DNA of 64,000 nt, taken from assembly GCA_018816245.1 (NCBI GenBank), contig JAHIVW010000006.1, forward strand, positions 1,647-65,646. Reading direction: 5' to 3'. The DNA is from Nanobdellota archaeon (GTDB taxonomy: Archaea; Aenigmatarchaeota; Aenigmatarchaeia; QMZP01). The translations under genes and the position numbers were made by a program. Of this stretch, positions 61,939-64,000 are shown piece by piece (within the stretch, counting starts at the first letter, position 1; each line of letters starts with the position of its first letter). Under the pieces are notes generated by a model that did no database searches, was not told the DNA's origin, and saw only the letters and a program-made list of their open reading frames with translations.

Positions 61939-63585
61939 ATGCAACCAACTTTAACCCAAGTCGGTGGACAGCCGATCTTGATTTTGTCGGAGGGAACCCT
62001 CCGAAATCGCGGGCGAGATGCCCAGAAGAACAACATCGGTGCTGCAAAAGCAATCGCTGATGCCATCCGAACGACCCTTGGTCCCAAGGGTATGGACAAG
62101 ATGCTCGTTGATTCACTCGGTGACATTGTCATCACGAATGACGGGGCAACCATTCTTGACGAAATGCAAATCGAGCACCCAGCTGCGAAAATGATGGTCG
62201 AGGTCGCCAAGACCCAGGATCGGGACGTCGGCGACGGGACCACGACAGCAGTCGTGCTCGCAGGCGAGCTCCTCAAGAAAGCTGAAGAGCTTCTCGAGCA
62301 GGAAGTGCATCCTACTGTCATTACGAAAGGCTTCCTCCTCGCAAAGAACAAGGCCCTGGAAACGATCGAGAAGATCAGTCAGCCTATCTCCATAAAGGAC
62401 GAAGCACTCCTCAAGAAGATCGCGACAACTGCCATGACCGGGAAGGCAGCGGAGCGGGCAAGCGACGAACTCTCTGCAATCATGGTCAAGGCAGCTCAAC
62501 GAGTTGCGGAGACCAAGGACGGAAAGGTGATTGTTGACGTCGACAACGTGAAAATTGAAAAAAAGGCTGCTGGTTCGATGACAGACACAATCCTCATTGA
62601 AGGCATTCTCATCGACAAGGAAGTTGTTCATTCTGCCATGCCAAAGCGTGTGGAGAAGGCGCAGATCGCGTTGCTGGAAGGAGCCCTTGAGCTCAAAGAA
62701 CTTGAAGGCGATGCCAAGATTAACATCGACTCTCCGGAGAAGATGCAGGCTTTCCTTGACCAGGAAGAGAGGATGCTCAAGGACATGGTCGCACGGGTCA
62801 AAGAATCCGGCGCCAAGGTCGTCCTGTGTCAAAAGGGCATTGACGACACTGCACAACATTATCTCGCAAAGAACGGCGTGCTCGCTGCACGGCGTGTCAA
62901 AAAATCCGACATGGAAGCGCTTGCAAAAGCAACAGGCGCAACAATCGTGTCCGCAATCAAGGACTTGACCAAGAATGACCTTGGGTACGCAGGTATTGTC
63001 GAAGAGCGCAAGGTTGCTGGCGAATCCATGATCTTCGTTGAACAGTGCAAGGATCCGAAAGCGGTCACCGTGCTGGTTCGTGGTGGTTCTGAACATGTCG
63101 TCGACGAAGTCGAGCGTGCTGTTGAAGATGCAATCAAAGGCATTGCTGCAGCAATTGAACTCGGCAAAATTGTTGCTGGCGGCGGTGCAACGGAGATTGA
63201 ACTTGCAAAAGAACTTCGCAAGTACGCAGACTCGTTCAAAGGCCGCGAACAGCTCGCCATCCTCGCATTCGCAGCTGCGATGGAAGTCATTCCACGAAGC
63301 CTTGCAGAAAATGCTGGCCTTGACCCAATCGATAAGATCGCCGCACTTCGCGCTGCACATGACAGAGGCGAAAAAGCAGCGTCACTTGACGTGTTTACTG
63401 GCACAGTAACAGACGCATACAAAGCTGGCGTGATTGAGCCATCCAAGATCAAGCTGCAGGCAATCAAGAGCGCAAGCGAAGTTGCCGAGATGATCCTGCG
63501 TATTGACGATGTGATCAATTCCGGCAAGAGTGAAGCGCCTGTCGGCCCTCCCGGCGGTATGCCAGGGATGGGACACGACTACTAA
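61939..63585 (+). CDS. ths: Thermosome subunit (group II chaperonin)
   Basis: [42 protein letters not shown], the GGGA(T/V)E block, and the C-terminal GGMPGMG. ATG 61939 is preceded by GAGGTGA. The track starts at GTG 61930. Confidence 0.95.
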   Translation: MQPTLTQVGGQPILILSEGTLRNRGRDAQKNNIGAAKAIADAIRTTLGPKGMDKMLVDSLGDIVITNDGATILDEMQIEHPAAKMMVEVAKTQDRDVGDGTTTAVVLAGELLKKAEELLEQEVHPTVITKGFLLAKNKALETIEKISQPISIKDEALLKKIATTAMTGKAAERASDELSAIMVKAAQRVAETKDGKVIVDVDNVKIEKKAAGSMTDTILIEGILIDKEVVHSAMPKRVEKAQIALLEGALELKELEGDAKINIDSPEKMQAFLDQEERMLKDMVARVKESGAKVVLCQKGIDDTAQHYLAKNGVLAARRVKKSDMEALAKATGATIVSAIKDLTKNDLGYAGIVEERKVAGESMIFVEQCKDPKAVTVLVRGGSEHVVDEVERAVEDAIKGIAAAIELGKIVAGGGATEIELAKELRKYADSFKGREQLAILAFAAAMEVIPRSLAENAGLDPIDKIAALRAAHDRGEKAASLDVFTGTVTDAYKAGVIEPSKIKLQAIKSASEVAEMILRIDDVINSGKSEAPVGPPGGMPGMGHDY

Positions 63586-63592
63586 AAGGCTA

Positions 63593-63619
63593 AAGGGACT
63601 TCTTCCCTTTTCTTTTTTT
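63593..63619 (+). terminator. Hairpin plus oligo-T tract downstream of the thermosome gene
   Basis: AAGGGA-CTTCT-TCCCTT is followed by TTCTTTTTTT. Oligo-T tracts are archaeal termination signals. Confidence 0.5.
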
Positions 63620-63668
63620 CGTAGCGGCAGCGCGGACTTTATATACCGTCTCAGCCCAAATAGGATGT

Positions 63669-64000
63669 ATGGAGTACGAGGACGAAGAGTACGAGATTGT
63701 CCCAACAACGCCGATCCGCCGCATGGAAAAAAGGCTTGCGCGCATGGAATCAACAACAACTTCCTCGGAAGTGAACCGTTTAATGGAACAAATCATAGAG
63801 CTCATCAAATCCAATCAGCGCGTGATCGATGATGTAATCAAGGCGGATGCAGAGCTCCGCAACGAAGTCTCTCGTCTCCCAACCAAGATTGACCAGCTGC
63901 TTTCAACGATGAACGACTTTGTCGAGATCTTGAAAGCAAGCGCTGTGGAAGAAGGTGGCACCGGTCCGTCAAGCGACAGTATGGCGAAACTGACACAGAA
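63669..64000 (+). CDS. Partial (3'-truncated by the window edge) charged coiled-coil protein
   Basis: The open frame from ATG 63669 reads MEYEDEEYEIVPTTPIRRMEKRLARMESTTTSSEVNRLMEQIIELIKSNQRVIDD... and has no stop before 64000. It is absent from the ORF track because it is incomplete. Confidence 0.5.
   Translation, partial: MEYEDEEYEIVPTTPIRRMEKRLARMESTTTSSEVNRLMEQIIELIKSNQRVIDDVIKADAELRNEVSRLPTKIDQLLSTMNDFVEILKASAVEEGGTGPSSDSMAKLTQ

Noticed and set aside
1-64000. CRISPR arrays, rRNA genes, IS elements or transposases, toxin-antitoxin pairs and known defence systems.
   Set aside because: I saw no regularly spaced direct repeats, no rRNA-like segments, and no transposase, integrase, Cas or nuclease-NTPase defence signatures in any frame. 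The two RHH domains are fused to enzymes rather than paired with toxins.

Overview
This is an archaeal chromosomal window. GC is roughly 45-52% by hand counts of sample lines. Coding density is very high, with about 65 genes and many 4-nt ATGA overlaps. TATA-like boxes sit 22-30 nt upstream of most operon-leading start codons, so lead genes look largely leaderless.

**0.1-20 kb:** mostly housekeeping. It holds PolB, ADP-forming acetyl-CoA synthetase alpha, aldehyde dehydrogenase, UMP kinase, NAD(P)HX dehydratase, a COG2403 GTPase, EndoQ, a DUF1512-like protein and tRNA-Asn. An intron-containing tRNA-Phe is transcribed divergently from the tRNA-splicing endonuclease EndA. Then come eS17, a 4xCBS protein with an HPF/RaiA-like C-terminus, three tandem lipobox surface-protein paralogs, a class III (pilin-like) signal-peptide protein, a Sec11-type signal peptidase and TFS.

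**20.3-53.6 kb:** a ~33-kb glycosylation island. It holds AglB, an AglH-like GPT and WbpB/E/D-like genes. There are five GT4, two GT2 and a second GT-C enzyme, plus a Wzx-like flippase and four methyltransferases. It also holds an amino-sugar module, two radical SAM enzymes, UXS, GalU, UGDH and two RHH-nucleotidyltransferase fusions.

**53.7-64 kb:** two archaeal pilin-N proteins, two coiled-coil proteins, the Pus10-eL21-Rpo4-DUF655 cluster, a CBS protein, tRNA-Ile(UAU), the thermosome and a partial coiled-coil ORF.

I saw no CRISPR array, rRNA, transposase, integrase or recognisable defence system.

The most unusual items are:
- the non-canonical (30/31) tRNA-Phe intron placed back-to-back with an EndA that carries a Lys-rich loop insertion;
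- the CBS-HPF-like fusion next to eS17;
- tRNA-Ile(UAU);
- the lipobox triplet with a pilin-like gene;
- the RHH-nucleotidyltransferase fusions inside the glycan island (one ~7 kb in, one near its right edge);
- the radical-SAM/second GT-C sub-module of that island.

All functional calls rest on motif recognition by eye. No database search was possible.
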